A stretch of 64,000 nt of DNA from Ignavibacteriota bacterium (lineage in GTDB: Bacteria > Bacteroidota > Ignavibacteria > UBA10030 > UBA6906): contig JADJHP010000001.1 in assembly GCA_016707525.1 (NCBI GenBank), positions 702,103 through 766,102 of the forward strand, written 5' to 3'. The translations under genes were made by a program, and so were the position numbers. Shown in pieces: positions 1-9,837 of the stretch. The notes under the pieces were generated by a model. The model made no database searches, had not been told where the DNA came from, and worked only from the letters and a program-made list of their open reading frames with translations. Each line of letters opens with the position of its first letter. Position 1 is the stretch's first letter.

Positions 1-843
1 CCCAATGCTTGTGACCGCCACACTTGCGGCCTGATCGCCGGCGTTGAGCGTCCGGATGATGTAGGGGTAGAAGATCCCGGATGTTCCCGCAGCGAGAGCC
101 CAGAACAGGTAGATCGACCCCGTCCAGAGCAACGCCCACAAGTTCGCACCCGAGAAGAGATTCCGGACCAGCATACGGCCGGATCGCGACGCGGACTTCC
201 AGCGAGCAGATTCTGCGAGCCCCTGGCGCAGTGCCCACGTCACGATCGCCGCCACAAAGAGATGCAGGAAGACGATGCGAATGCCGAGCAATTCGAGCGG
301 AGCCAATGCCGCTGCCATCAGCAGGACGATGACCGGGCCGATCGACCACGCAACCTGCGTCAGGCCAAGGAGTTTGCCGCGGGCTTTCGCGGGCGCTATT
401 TCACCTACCAAGGCAAGTGAGGTGGGAACATCGGCGCCCACGGCGACGCCGACAACAAACGTTCCGGCGAACAGCATCTCACGATTCACGGCCAGTGCAA
501 TGCAGAGGATCCCGGCCGCGTAGACGAGCAGGTCGTACTGATAGATGCGCTTGCGCCCGAGCCGATCACCAAGACGCCCACCTATCACCGATCCGAGGGC
601 ACAACCCAGTGCATTGGGGCCGATCGCAGCAAGAGCCCCCACGGCCGTGGAGCTCAGGCCAAGATACGCCTGAAACAACGCAAGCCCCGCGCCCAGCGCG
701 ACGATCGACCCCGCATCAAGATAGGACGCCATCCCCGCCAGTGCAGACCATTTCCACTGTTGCCGCGTTACGTTCTCGAGATGTTCTTCCGCAGGAATCT
801 CACTCTGGTTCATTAGGTGCCCCGGTGTTTTCTGGATTGACAT
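1..843 (-). CDS. MFS transporter, sugar/inositol-porter type; 3' end runs off the window edge. Start is ATG at 813 or 843.
   Basis: Minus-strand translation MSIQKTPGHLMNQSEIPAEEHL...GLSSTAVGALAAIGPNALGCALGSVIGGRLGDRLGRKRIY shows multiple TM helices and the MFS GxLaDrxGRkr signature. Missing from the ORF track because it has no stop inside the window. Confidence 0.55.
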   Translation of the reverse strand, partial: MSIQKTPGHLMNQSEIPAEEHLENVTRQQWKWSALAGMASYLDAGSIVALGAGLALFQAYLGLSSTAVGALAAIGPNALGCALGSVIGGRLGDRLGRKRIYQYDLLVYAAGILCIALAVNREMLFAGTFVVGVAVGADVPTSLALVGEIAPAKARGKLLGLTQVAWSIGPVIVLLMAAALAPLELLGIRIVFLHLFVAAIVTWALRQGLAESARWKSASRSGRMLVRNLFSGANLWALLWTGSIYLFWALAAGTSGIFYPYIIRTLNAGDQAASVAVTSIG

Positions 844-1044
844 AGTGCTTCTGTTCTGAGCATCGCACACGGAGGACGCTCTCCCTCCATCATGCCGCCG
901 CCTCGAACTCATCGTGGTTCCGTGGATCGGCGACGATCGCATGCGGGTCCAAGAGTCCCTCCGCCAGGCAGTTCAACGGGGTCTGGAGTTGCACGATAGC
1001 CCCCCGATACAGCTTACGAGCCAGGGTTCGTTGGACCCCATATC

Positions 1045-3816
1045 CTAGCGCACATCGCCGCGGGGTGGATGGCCCTTCTTGTCGATGCGGGTGCTGAGTG
1101 CTGCACGCTTTGCCCCGGGAACCAGCGGACTCCAATCGGTCAGGGGCTGAATTTCGGCTACGGTATTCCGGGTGCGAAAACGCATCGTGACGATCTGTTG
1201 CGGACGTACGGGGAAACGGTAGACGGAGGAGGGCTTGAGCGGGACACGATTGGCGCCGTCGAGATCGGTGAGCGCCGCTTGCTCATGGGGCATCGAGAGC
1301 TTCACTTCGGCGTAGCCAGCGATTCCCAGGCACTCGGCCATGCGCAATTCGATATCCGAACCTTCGCGGCGGATCGCTTCAACGATCATGTTCTCCGATG
1401 TTTTGACGAACGATCGGGGAGCGGTTGTTCCGCGGTCGGGCACCGTGACCGGCGGACAGTTGAATTCCCACGCAAGTTGTGGAATGCGCGCCTTGTCCCA
1501 GGCAGAGTCGTGAGCGACCAGGGCATACTCGAGCCGGTGCTTCCCCTTGCCGCTCAACCACGGATTGACGTAACCGTAGTACTTGTCTGTGGCGTTGAGC
1601 AGGAAGATGATCGGTGTCCTGCCGGTCGTTTCGCGCCCGGAGAGACCGCGGTCGAGCAACGCCACTCCACCTCCGCCTTCGAACGCGTAGTGCGACCAGC
1701 GCACCGCCGGGACGATCCCTTCGGTCCGGCCGTGCAGCCCGGGGTTCGGCCTCGACCAGGCCGCGTGCGAGAAGCCGTAAGGAATGCCGCGGCGAATCTC
1801 GACGATCTCTTCGCTCAGCGGAAACTCCGCCACCACCACGGTGCTGTCGGGGATGTCGTTCAGGTCGGTCTCGAAATCGATGCGCGGATAATCGTCGTAG
1901 AAGCATATGGTCCGGATCATGCCGCCGCCCCCATAGAATCCGGACTCGATCCTGACGATCGTGGCCAGGGACCCCGATTGCACGGAGATCTTCGGGAGGA
2001 ACTGGTTCGAATTTGCCAGCGTCAGACGCTCCGGCCGGTCGAGCATATGGTCCCCCGGATCGCCCGCCTGCGTCTTCGGCTTCTCAGCCACGATGACGTT
2101 CGCCGGCCCACCCAGCATTTCCCGACCTGAGGATTTCAGCTTCAGGCTTGTCAGCGAACCTGTGCCCCGATCGATCCGCGCCCGGTAAAAACGGGTATCG
2201 ATCGAGTCGGGCAAAGGAACCGATTTCGGGAGTTCGGGAGAATTTGACGAGGGCTCAAGAGAGGCTGTCCCAACCGAAGGAAGCGTTGGCTCACACAGGA
2301 CGTACGGCGTCCCGGGCACAGCCTGAGACCGGACGCCCTTCAGGCCGCTTCCTTCCGGGAGGTTCACCAGTACCGGATCGCGTCGTTCCCAGTTGAGCTG
2401 GTTGAACAACGCCAAAGAAGATCCCTCCGCACTGAGGGCGCCCATCGCCTCCTCAGACGCTCTGCGGGCGATGGCGCCCACGGCTTCGTAGCGGTCGCGG
2501 ACGTCCCACGAATGCGGATGCTCGAAGACCATGCCGCCTGCCGATCCCCACAGGGAATTGCGGTCCATGTTCAGCAGCAGCATGAGCCAGGCATGATACA
2601 GTGGCTGAACCGGGTAGGTGGAACGGGATTCGATGCTGGCGATCGTTGACAGCATCTCGGCCGCCTGTAGCTCCTGCTCCGCGCGGCGAAACGCGGTTTT
2701 GACGCGCGGGTTTTCTATCCAGAAAGAGTTGAAGCTGAATTTCGTTCCCCCCTGCATCGTGGGCAACTTCATTGCTCCCGATCGGGCCGCGGGCAGGATC
2801 GCGTCCACGTATGTGCCCGGGGTTACGAAGGACAGGTCGATCCGGGGAGCGACGCTCTTGAATTGACGGATGAACTCGGTCGGATATCCCTTGTACGCGG
2901 GGGCGACGCTGTAGTCTCCGTTGCCTGCCAGGATCAGCACTGGAGCCCCCTCGGGAACACGCTGCCTCATGCCGTCCCACTTGAAGGGCCGTTTCTCGAT
3001 CTCCTCGGGAGTCATCGTCTTCACCCCCATCCGGTAATCGAGATCCTCCTTCAATTCCCGAAGCGCCACGTCGTCGAGGAGTTGCGGGGTTTTGAAAAGA
3101 GGGTTCCACTCGCTGTAGTGCCCCGGTGCGATGGCCAGCACCCGCGTGCCGTCGGGAGATTCAGCCCAGTGAATTGTGGAACCGGTCGGATTGTGGCGGG
3201 TATAGAACAGAGCGTCCAGGCCGAGCCCGGCGGTGATCTGCGCCATCTGCTCGTGGGTCCCCGTCACGTCGATCATCCAGGCAAAACGCGGACGGACTCC
3301 GAGCACCTGGCTCTGCCAGCGCAAACCCTCTACGCCGTTCTTGACCAGCGCCTCGCCCCCCGACAGGTTGATCGTCGATTCGAGGAAGAAGGCGTTGCAC
3401 GGCTCCACCCGCCCTTCCTGAAAGCGACGTATCAGCTCATCCTTTCGCTCCGGGTGAAAGTTGAACATGGCGATCATATTCGGAACCTCGGAGAGCGCGA
3501 ATGCGTAGTTCGGGTCGTCGCGCACACGGTCCAGGTGATCGATGTAGTTGTTGGCGCAGTAGTTCCGCTCGGTGGACCAGTCGGTCAGCCAGCCGCAGCA
3601 TGCCGGGTGAAAATTCGGCACGAGATAGACCAGCCGTCGGGGATCCCTTTCCGGAGCAGGCTTGTCTTGGTTTCCCTCCCCCGCCAGGATCGCAGAGGGA
3701 GCGGCACACAGCCATATGGCAACGGCGGCGATCCCCCAGGAACAACACATGAGATTGCGGCTCACAACGTCGGTACGTTCACGTGTCTTCATACGATCAG
3801 AACTCCGTTGTTCCAT
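1045..3816 (-). CDS. GH38-like alpha-mannosidase, secreted (alternative start at 3792, MKTRER...).
   Basis: 925-aa ORF with N-terminal signal/TM segment (CCSWGIAAVAIWLCAAPSAILA). GH38 N-domain pattern YLVPNFHPACCGWLTDW (cf. VPHSHnDpGW) and AWMIDVTGTHEQMAQI (cf. GWqIDPFGHS). Confidence 0.5.
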   Translation of the reverse strand: MEQRSSDRMKTRERTDVVSRNLMCCSWGIAAVAIWLCAAPSAILAGEGNQDKPAPERDPRRLVYLVPNFHPACCGWLTDWSTERNYCANNYIDHLDRVRDDPNYAFALSEVPNMIAMFNFHPERKDELIRRFQEGRVEPCNAFFLESTINLSGGEALVKNGVEGLRWQSQVLGVRPRFAWMIDVTGTHEQMAQITAGLGLDALFYTRHNPTGSTIHWAESPDGTRVLAIAPGHYSEWNPLFKTPQLLDDVALRELKEDLDYRMGVKTMTPEEIEKRPFKWDGMRQRVPEGAPVLILAGNGDYSVAPAYKGYPTEFIRQFKSVAPRIDLSFVTPGTYVDAILPAARSGAMKLPTMQGGTKFSFNSFWIENPRVKTAFRRAEQELQAAEMLSTIASIESRSTYPVQPLYHAWLMLLLNMDRNSLWGSAGGMVFEHPHSWDVRDRYEAVGAIARRASEEAMGALSAEGSSLALFNQLNWERRDPVLVNLPEGSGLKGVRSQAVPGTPYVLCEPTLPSVGTASLEPSSNSPELPKSVPLPDSIDTRFYRARIDRGTGSLTSLKLKSSGREMLGGPANVIVAEKPKTQAGDPGDHMLDRPERLTLANSNQFLPKISVQSGSLATIVRIESGFYGGGGMIRTICFYDDYPRIDFETDLNDIPDSTVVVAEFPLSEEIVEIRRGIPYGFSHAAWSRPNPGLHGRTEGIVPAVRWSHYAFEGGGGVALLDRGLSGRETTGRTPIIFLLNATDKYYGYVNPWLSGKGKHRLEYALVAHDSAWDKARIPQLAWEFNCPPVTVPDRGTTAPRSFVKTSENMIVEAIRREGSDIELRMAECLGIAGYAEVKLSMPHEQAALTDLDGANRVPLKPSSVYRFPVRPQQIVTMRFRTRNTVAEIQPLTDWSPLVPGAKRAALSTRIDKKGHPPRGDVR

Positions 3817-4275
3817 GTTCAACCCAGCACTCTACCATTACCACGCATCGACAGCACGAACATCCGGCGCCTGAGCGCCGGGAGAGACAGGCAGGCTTTG
3901 TGCCTCCATCTGCACTCGTGACGAAAGACCCGAAGGATCGGAATGCTCTTCTTCGAGGAGCAAAGTAGAGAATGGTTCGGAGAGTGTCAAGGTATGAAAA
4001 AGCCCCGGTGATCACCGAGGCTTGCTGAAGATCGAAGACTAATTGAAGATTGAACATCGAAGATCGAAGATTACTACTGCACAAGCAGTTACCGACGACC
4101 GGTTGCCGCTTGTCCATTGCCAGGAAAATGATCCGCCAAGACCGGGAGGCCAGGCCGGTTCACGGCGGTTCGTGTGACATTGGTTGCCCTCGGCAGCTCG
4201 CAAGGCGCTTGATGAGCTTGACCGTGAAATGATCGGCCAGGCAACGGGCGGAGGGTGTCGTGGCGCCGTTCGTGG

Positions 4276-5706
4276 TCACCGCCACTTGAATGTACTGCCT
4301 CGGTACTTGGGAGAGCTGGTCATTGTGCAGTCTGCATCGTTTCCATCCACATTCAATTCCATGAGCTTTGGGTCCCGGGCAGAGTACGATGTCCAGATGC
4401 CATCTTCTGCGCCATTGGGATTGCCCCATTTCGCGAAGTTCGTCCAGTACCCGATCATCTTAGTGCTCAATGCATGGTCGCCGGCTGTGAATGGACGCCA
4501 GCTGTATCTGAACGAATGGAAGACATACCACAGGTCAGCAGAGTGGAATGCGCCGCTGGAATCCCCTGGTAGTTGGCGGGAAAACACATACGCATACGCC
4601 GGCCTACTGCTCGTTTCGGCACGCAGGGCGCAGAAGTCCACAACCGCTTTCGTCATGTCGAACAAGTCGTTAGCAGTGTACCCAAACATGTATGGAACGT
4701 CGGCGATCTTCCCTGCTCTTGCCACATCATCGAAGGAACCTTCCGACACGTAATGATCGACGATGGGGCCAAAGAAGATGGTCTTCTTCGTTGCTGCTGC
4801 ATAGTCATTGGACAGCTTGAGAAGCTCTTCAAACGAAAGCGCACGCATATCCTTCAGCGTTGTCTTGTTCCCAAAATCCATCAAGGCCTTGTTTGCCAAC
4901 TGGACAGTGTCAAAATCCGTACTCCCCATCCGAAACTTGCCCAGGCCCCCGCCGCTCATGCTTATGGCATGACTGATCAATTGTCTCGACAGCGGGGATG
5001 CGCACAGTGCCTGAACGCTCCCTGCACCTGCACTCTGACCAAAGACCGTTATGTTGTTGGGATCACCGCCAAATTGCCTGATGTTCTTATGGATCCACTT
5101 CAGCGCTGCGATCTGGTCAAGGAGCCCATAGTTGCCCGATACGCCATGTGGACTTTCGGCCGACAGTAGCGGGTGTGAGAGGAACCCAAGAACGCCGAGG
5201 CGGTACGTTACCGACACCAGAATGACGCCGTGCGTCGCCCATTCCTCACCGCCGTCCATTTCCGGTTCAAAGGCAAAGCCTTCACGAAAACCGCCACCAT
5301 GTATCCACATTGCCACAGGGAGCTTCTTGTCCGCTTGGCCTGCAGCGGGCGTCCAGATATTGAGATAGAGGCAGTCCTCACTGAACGGGACGGAACCGCT
5401 GGCACGCCATTCTTTGCCATAGAAACTTTGCGGGTCCCATGTTACCTGCTTGGCGGCGGCACCGTACGTGTCTGCCACTCGTGTTCCTTTCCAGGCCACG
5501 ACCGGTTGCGGTTCCTTCCAACGCAGGTCGCCAACCGGAGGAGCCGCAAACGGGATCCCTTTGTACGCGACTATACCTTTCGTTGGGGTCACCACCCCCA
5601 CGACGTTTCCGCCTTCGATGGTCAGCACAGGATTCACGTCTTTATCCTGGCAGAAGACTGCTGACGATATCATCCATATCGCAAGAAAGACACAGAATGT
5701 TTTCAT
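4276..5706 (-). CDS. Carboxylesterase type B (para-nitrobenzyl esterase family), secreted.
   Basis: Signal peptide MKTFCVFLAIWMISSAVFC. Serine nucleophile motif ITVFGQSAGAGSV. EDCLYLNIWTP and WIHGGGF oxyanion-hole region. Confidence 0.8.
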   Translation of the reverse strand: MKTFCVFLAIWMISSAVFCQDKDVNPVLTIEGGNVVGVVTPTKGIVAYKGIPFAAPPVGDLRWKEPQPVVAWKGTRVADTYGAAAKQVTWDPQSFYGKEWRASGSVPFSEDCLYLNIWTPAAGQADKKLPVAMWIHGGGFREGFAFEPEMDGGEEWATHGVILVSVTYRLGVLGFLSHPLLSAESPHGVSGNYGLLDQIAALKWIHKNIRQFGGDPNNITVFGQSAGAGSVQALCASPLSRQLISHAISMSGGGLGKFRMGSTDFDTVQLANKALMDFGNKTTLKDMRALSFEELLKLSNDYAAATKKTIFFGPIVDHYVSEGSFDDVARAGKIADVPYMFGYTANDLFDMTKAVVDFCALRAETSSRPAYAYVFSRQLPGDSSGAFHSADLWYVFHSFRYSWRPFTAGDHALSTKMIGYWTNFAKWGNPNGAEDGIWTSYSARDPKLMELNVDGNDADCTMTSSPKYRGSTFKWR

Positions 5707-5810
5707 GGCGATCCAATTTCCGTCTGTGACAGAATCACATGGTGTGATACGTTTGGTCTGCGATCGATCCGGGTTCAGCGTTCGAACACGCGATGGTGCG
5801 TCCAACCTCC

Positions 5811-7373
5811 TCAAGGCGTCTTGAAATTCCAGCGCGAGACGTCACTTCTGGGATCGAAAGGTGCAAGCGTGACCGTACTGGTCCCCACTGCGGTCAACAC
5901 GAACTGTTCTTTTGACTGGGGAACGAGTTTGGGCATGATGCGATATGTACCGTCCGTCAGCTGATCGATCCGCCAGAGTTGTTCAGGTGCTCCGGTAAAT
6001 CCCGGAACCGCCACGAGTTCAGCATCGGCGGTAGCCGCCAGAGCGCGATCTGTTCCCGCGATCGTGATCTTGAAATACGGTGCACCGGGATATCCACCGG
6101 CATCGGCGACCGGAGTGATCGACCATGTCTGATGCGGCCGGGACATGAAATCGCCTATTCTGATGTCGATGGTGCCGGACGGCCAGCCCCTGGCCACCGA
6201 ATCGAGACTCTGGGCAGGAATGGAAACCAGTGGTCCATCTGGGACCCGATTGAAGAAACCAGGGATCATCGGGAAGCCCCCACCCGGGGGCGGAGGGGTT
6301 GGCGGATTGGTTCCCGATGGTTGAGGAGCCGGGGGCGGAGTTCCCGGACCGGGGCCGCCAGCGGGTCCGCGCCAGATGCGCGGCATGCGAACGAAATCCA
6401 CGGCAAGTTCCAGTGCAAATCCGCTCCGCTCAGACTGAATCTCAAACACACCGCCCCTGAAGTTGTCACCGGCGACGGGCCAGCCATCTCTCCAGAGCAG
6501 TGGGCGAATGTCGAGCACGCTGAAGCCGCTGCGATCGAGGTCGGCTTCGTAGTGGCATGAGAATCTTTCCACACATGCATCCAGGACCATATGTCCAAAA
6601 TGGCCCGCACCCACAAACCGGCCACTCGCTCCGACAACAAATTTGCCTCCCCCCTTGAGCATGTCCTGCCCCATGTTGTCCCGGTAGGGGCCGGTGATCT
6701 TCTTTGAGCGACCCACCACGATGTTGTACGTGGAGTTCGCGCCGTCGCAGCAGGTGCCGTGCGTGCCCAGAAGGTAATACCATCCATCGCGATACATCAT
6801 GGCGCTCGCTTCGCAGTCGATCGCAATATTTACCGGTTTGTTGCCAGGCATGCGCATGCCTGTTGTGGGGTCGAGCTCAACGATGCGAATGAACCCAAAG
6901 TATGTTCCGTACGTCAGCCACAGCCGTCCGTCGGTGGGATCGAGAAGGAATGCCGGATCGATGGCATCACAGTCTTCGATCCCGTCAGAGGAAGCAACAA
7001 GTGTCTCGTCCTTGAATCCAAAGTCGGGAGATTTGGGATCAAGACTCCTGGTCCACATAACGTACACATTGCTCGCATGCCCGCCTGCGAGTCCTCCGCC
7101 CCCCTTCGCATAGGAAACGTAGTAGCGATCCCCAATGTGGATGACATCGGGTGCCAATCCGCCGCCGGGGCGCTCAGCGCCGGGGTTCCACGTCCAGCCA
7201 TCGACGGAGATCAGGCCGCCGCCACCGGTGCCAAAGGTATAGTACTTGCCGTCGCATTGGGCGATGGTCGAAGGATCGTGAATATACGGCTGACCGTTCA
7301 ACGCCTGGGCCCAGCCCGTCAGGCGGGACGAGAGAAGAGCAAGACCGATGACTGCCACAATTCTGAATTTCAT
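5811..7373 (-). CDS. GH43 glycoside hydrolase (arabinanase/xylosidase-like) with a Pro-rich linker and C-terminal ricin-B / CBM13-like domain.
   Basis: Signal peptide MKFRIVAVIGLALLS. GH43 N-terminal catalytic motif YIHDPSTIAQCDGKYYTFGT. Pro-rich linker PGPGTPPPAPQPSGTNPPTPPPP. Two QxW motifs (HQTWSI, EQLWRIDQ). Confidence 0.7.
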   Translation of the reverse strand: MKFRIVAVIGLALLSSRLTGWAQALNGQPYIHDPSTIAQCDGKYYTFGTGGGGLISVDGWTWNPGAERPGGGLAPDVIHIGDRYYVSYAKGGGGLAGGHASNVYVMWTRSLDPKSPDFGFKDETLVASSDGIEDCDAIDPAFLLDPTDGRLWLTYGTYFGFIRIVELDPTTGMRMPGNKPVNIAIDCEASAMMYRDGWYYLLGTHGTCCDGANSTYNIVVGRSKKITGPYRDNMGQDMLKGGGKFVVGASGRFVGAGHFGHMVLDACVERFSCHYEADLDRSGFSVLDIRPLLWRDGWPVAGDNFRGGVFEIQSERSGFALELAVDFVRMPRIWRGPAGGPGPGTPPPAPQPSGTNPPTPPPPGGGFPMIPGFFNRVPDGPLVSIPAQSLDSVARGWPSGTIDIRIGDFMSRPHQTWSITPVADAGGYPGAPYFKITIAGTDRALAATADAELVAVPGFTGAPEQLWRIDQLTDGTYRIMPKLVPQSKEQFVLTAVGTSTVTLAPFDPRSDVSRWNFKTP

Positions 7374-7419
7374 TGAACCTCCGAGATCATGTCGATTGAG
7401 AGCAATGGAAAGACCTGTC

Positions 7420-8154
7420 CTACTTCCGGGGATCAAGAGATATGGTGAGATCCTTGACCGCCTGGCCGTGCTCATCAATGAAGCGGACGCAGAAATCGCT
7501 CATGCCCGGGCCATTGATGACGGCGCCGCGGATGATGTTCCTGCCTTTGTTGAGTGTGAGGCGTCTTGAAACACCATCGTCCATCACCATGCGACGGTCA
7601 CCGGAGAGCATGACGGCTTCCTTCCCGTTGAGCCACCACATGGAAGCCGAATTGGATCCCACTGCCATGCGGACATTTTTCAGTTCTTTGGGACAATCGA
7701 TGACGGTGGCAGCCAGGAATACCACCCCGTATGTCTGCTTGTTCAGTCCGTACGCGAAGCGGAAAAGCTTGATGTTGAAACTGGAGGTTTCGAGGGCATG
7801 CCAGACAAGTTCCTGATCACCGACCTTGACCTTTTCCCCGTTGCGAGGAAACGTCGCGAACTGTCCAGGGAAGTAGGCCGTATCGAGATTTCTCCGGATA
7901 TACGAGTCGGTGAAGACAGTATTGCCGCGGTTCGGTTTGTTGATCGGCTCGAGAAGGAGCCAGCGCTGGATGAAACCATCGGCATCGGGAACCCCGGGGG
8001 TTGCCTGGGCTTGCGTGAAGAACGGCGCGATACTGCGAGCGGTATCGACCGCTGCTGGAAGGTGCCCGAGCCCCCCGGAGGCGGGAGACACACCCTGGGC
8101 AAGGACGTACACCACATCGCATACCAGAAGTATGAACGTGCAGAGCATTTTCAT
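7420..8154 (-). CDS. Secreted hypothetical protein, possibly a concanavalin-like/DUF1080-type fold.
   Basis: Signal peptide MKMLCTFILLVCDVVYVLAQG. No confident family motif; weak resemblance to jelly-roll glycan-binding proteins (SNSASMWWLNGKEAV). Confidence 0.4.
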   Translation of the reverse strand: MKMLCTFILLVCDVVYVLAQGVSPASGGLGHLPAAVDTARSIAPFFTQAQATPGVPDADGFIQRWLLLEPINKPNRGNTVFTDSYIRRNLDTAYFPGQFATFPRNGEKVKVGDQELVWHALETSSFNIKLFRFAYGLNKQTYGVVFLAATVIDCPKELKNVRMAVGSNSASMWWLNGKEAVMLSGDRRMVMDDGVSRRLTLNKGRNIIRGAVINGPGMSDFCVRFIDEHGQAVKDLTISLDPRK

Positions 8155-8579
8155 ACGGCATCCTTTGACGATTGATTGATACATGCAGGCAAGGCGAGGA
8201 TGGATTGTTCGAAGCAGATGAAGTGTAGAGAATCCGTGATGCAGTTTCAAGTCTTCTGCGTGAAATGTCGTGCTGACTCCCAGCACCAGTGCGGGTCCTC
8301 GAACCTATCGCGCTCATCAAGAACCGTCTTGCCGGAAATCCTGTGAGCATCGGGAAAGCATCACGCACATCTCTCCGAGAAAAGGTGAAAAGACCTTCCC
8401 CCGCGATGATCGTTCCTGGAGTGATGTCGTGCGACAGTGCAAGAGATATGCGGGCATCAAACCGGGCCATCGCGATTTGAACTTATCGTTGGCGAATCGG
8501 ATGGACGATCTGCGGAAAAATATTTATTGAGCGGACTGCTGATATCGTCCTGTGTGACCGCGGGAGGAGGACTGTGCCC

Positions 8580-8630
8580 CCTCAAAACGAAGACAGCACA
8601 GCCCGAACATCGTCGGGCTGTGCTGTCTTC
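8580..8630 (-). terminator. Rho-independent terminator downstream of tRNA-Lys/secG.
   Basis: Perfect 18-bp inverted repeat gaagacagcacagcccga / tcgggctgtgctgtcttc with a 6-nt loop. On the minus strand it is followed by GUUUUGAG. Confidence 0.55.
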
Positions 8631-8685
8631 GTCATTGCATCTTCACGTGATCGACCATACCCCTTAGGCTGTTGTCGATCGGTTG

Positions 8686-8758
8686 TGCACCCACCAGGAC
8701 TCGAACCTGGAACCCACTGATTAAGAGTCAGTTGCTCTACCAATTGAGCCATGGGTGC
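8686..8758 (-). tRNA. tRNA-Lys (anticodon CTT).
   Basis: Minus-strand sequence GCACCCATGGCTCAATTGGTAGAGCAACTGACTCTTAATCAGTGGGTTCCAGGTTCGAGTCCTGGTGGGTGCA has a 7-bp acceptor stem, D-loop AATTGGTAGAGC, anticodon loop CTCTTAA and T-arm GGTTCGAGTCC. Coordinates are +/-1. Confidence 0.85.
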
Positions 8759-8792
8759 GGTACAACAATGACGGGGAGAAGAACCTTCTCCG

Positions 8793-9122
8793 TTACTGTA
8801 CCGGCGCCTGCTGCTGGGGCGGCGGAAGCTGCGGCGTCATCGTCTTCTGCTGACCCTGCTGCTGCAGGACACTGCCCCCGCTCGACGACACGCGCGGGAG
8901 GAAAAAGATGTTGATCACGAGCGCGAGGACAAGGAACACTCCGGCAAGGATCTGCGTTGCACGCGTGAGAAAATCCGCCGTGCGACGCACGCCGAAGACC
9001 ACGCCAACGTTCCCGCCACCGAATGATCCTGCCAACCCGCCGCCCTTGCTCGACTGCATCAGTACCGCAAGGATCAACAGAATGCTGATGACCAGCTCAA
9101 CCACAATAAGAAGTGTGAACAT
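8793..9122 (-). CDS. secG: Preprotein translocase subunit SecG.
   Basis: Two TM helices and SecG signature LMQSSKGGGLAGSFGG...FLTRATQILAGVFLVLALV. Has a Q/P-rich C-terminal tail. Confidence 0.85.
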   Translation of the reverse strand: MFTLLIVVELVISILLILAVLMQSSKGGGLAGSFGGGNVGVVFGVRRTADFLTRATQILAGVFLVLALVINIFFLPRVSSSGGSVLQQQGQQKTMTPQLPPPQQQAPVQ

Positions 9123-9185
9123 AAACCCCGTTCCTGTTCAATCGTAGTATTGAATGATACAAAACTCCCGTGGAAAAATCAAGTA

Positions 9186-9827
9186 CTAAAACCCCCAACC
9201 ACTCAATTTTTCGCCGGTTATCCCTCCCCCTCCTCCAGTTCTCCCCGCTGTCAGCCGCTCGATGTACTTCCCGACCAGGTCGAACTCCAGATTCACTTGT
9301 CTCCCCGCCGCAACATCCACAAGGGTCGTTTTCTCCAATGTATGCGGGATCACCGATACGGTGAATCTGCGCTGCCCTACCGCGGCCACCGTCAGACTGA
9401 TCCCATCAACGGCAATGGAGCCCACGGGAATGATGTACCGCGCAAATTCCTCCGGAAACCCGACGGTCACCATCCAGCTCATCGGCCTCTTCTCCACCCC
9501 CACGATCTCCCCCACACAATCCACGTGCCCCTGCACAAGGTGCCCGCCCAGACGGTCGCCCACCCGGAGGGCCAGTTCCAGGTTCACCCTTGCACCATGG
9601 TTCAGCGATCCCAGCGTCGTCTTCCGCAGGGTCTCCTCCACGGCCTCCACCTCGAATGTATCGCCGCCGCAGCGCACGACGGTCTGGCAGACGCCGCTGA
9701 CCGCAACGCTGTCGTCGACCCTGAGTTCTTTCGCCGCGCCTGGTGCCCGCACGCTCAGCACGATGCCCCCCGCACGCTTCACCACCCCGGCGACAGAACC
9801 TATCTCCTGTACGATACCCGTGAACAT
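9186..9827 (-). CDS. ribE: Riboflavin synthase alpha subunit.
   Basis: MFTGIVQEIG start motif and duplicated lumazine-binding halves (SVAVSGVCQTV..., SIAVDGISLTV). Start chosen at the internal Met (MFTG); the track ORF extends 6 codons further. Confidence 0.85.
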   Translation of the reverse strand: MFTGIVQEIGSVAGVVKRAGGIVLSVRAPGAAKELRVDDSVAVSGVCQTVVRCGGDTFEVEAVEETLRKTTLGSLNHGARVNLELALRVGDRLGGHLVQGHVDCVGEIVGVEKRPMSWMVTVGFPEEFARYIIPVGSIAVDGISLTVAAVGQRRFTVSVIPHTLEKTTLVDVAAGRQVNLEFDLVGKYIERLTAGRTGGGGGITGEKLSGWGF

Positions 9828-9837
9828 CGCCGCCTCC

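Noticed and set aside
1069-2130. Long plus-strand ORFs antisense to the GH38 gene (also 2863..3921, 1614..1955)
   Set aside because: Shadow ORFs typical of GC-rich DNA. R/P/G/A-rich composition, no domains, fully overlapped by a well-supported minus-strand gene.
4015-4080. Possible CRISPR/tandem-repeat array
   Set aside because: Only two short 12-nt copies and no spacer-repeat periodicity. No CRISPR-like arrays anywhere in the window.
8270-8530. 86-aa plus-strand ORF inside the long intergenic region
   Set aside because: No RBS, no homology-like features, odd composition. More likely non-coding leader or sRNA space; see the finding on 8155..8585.
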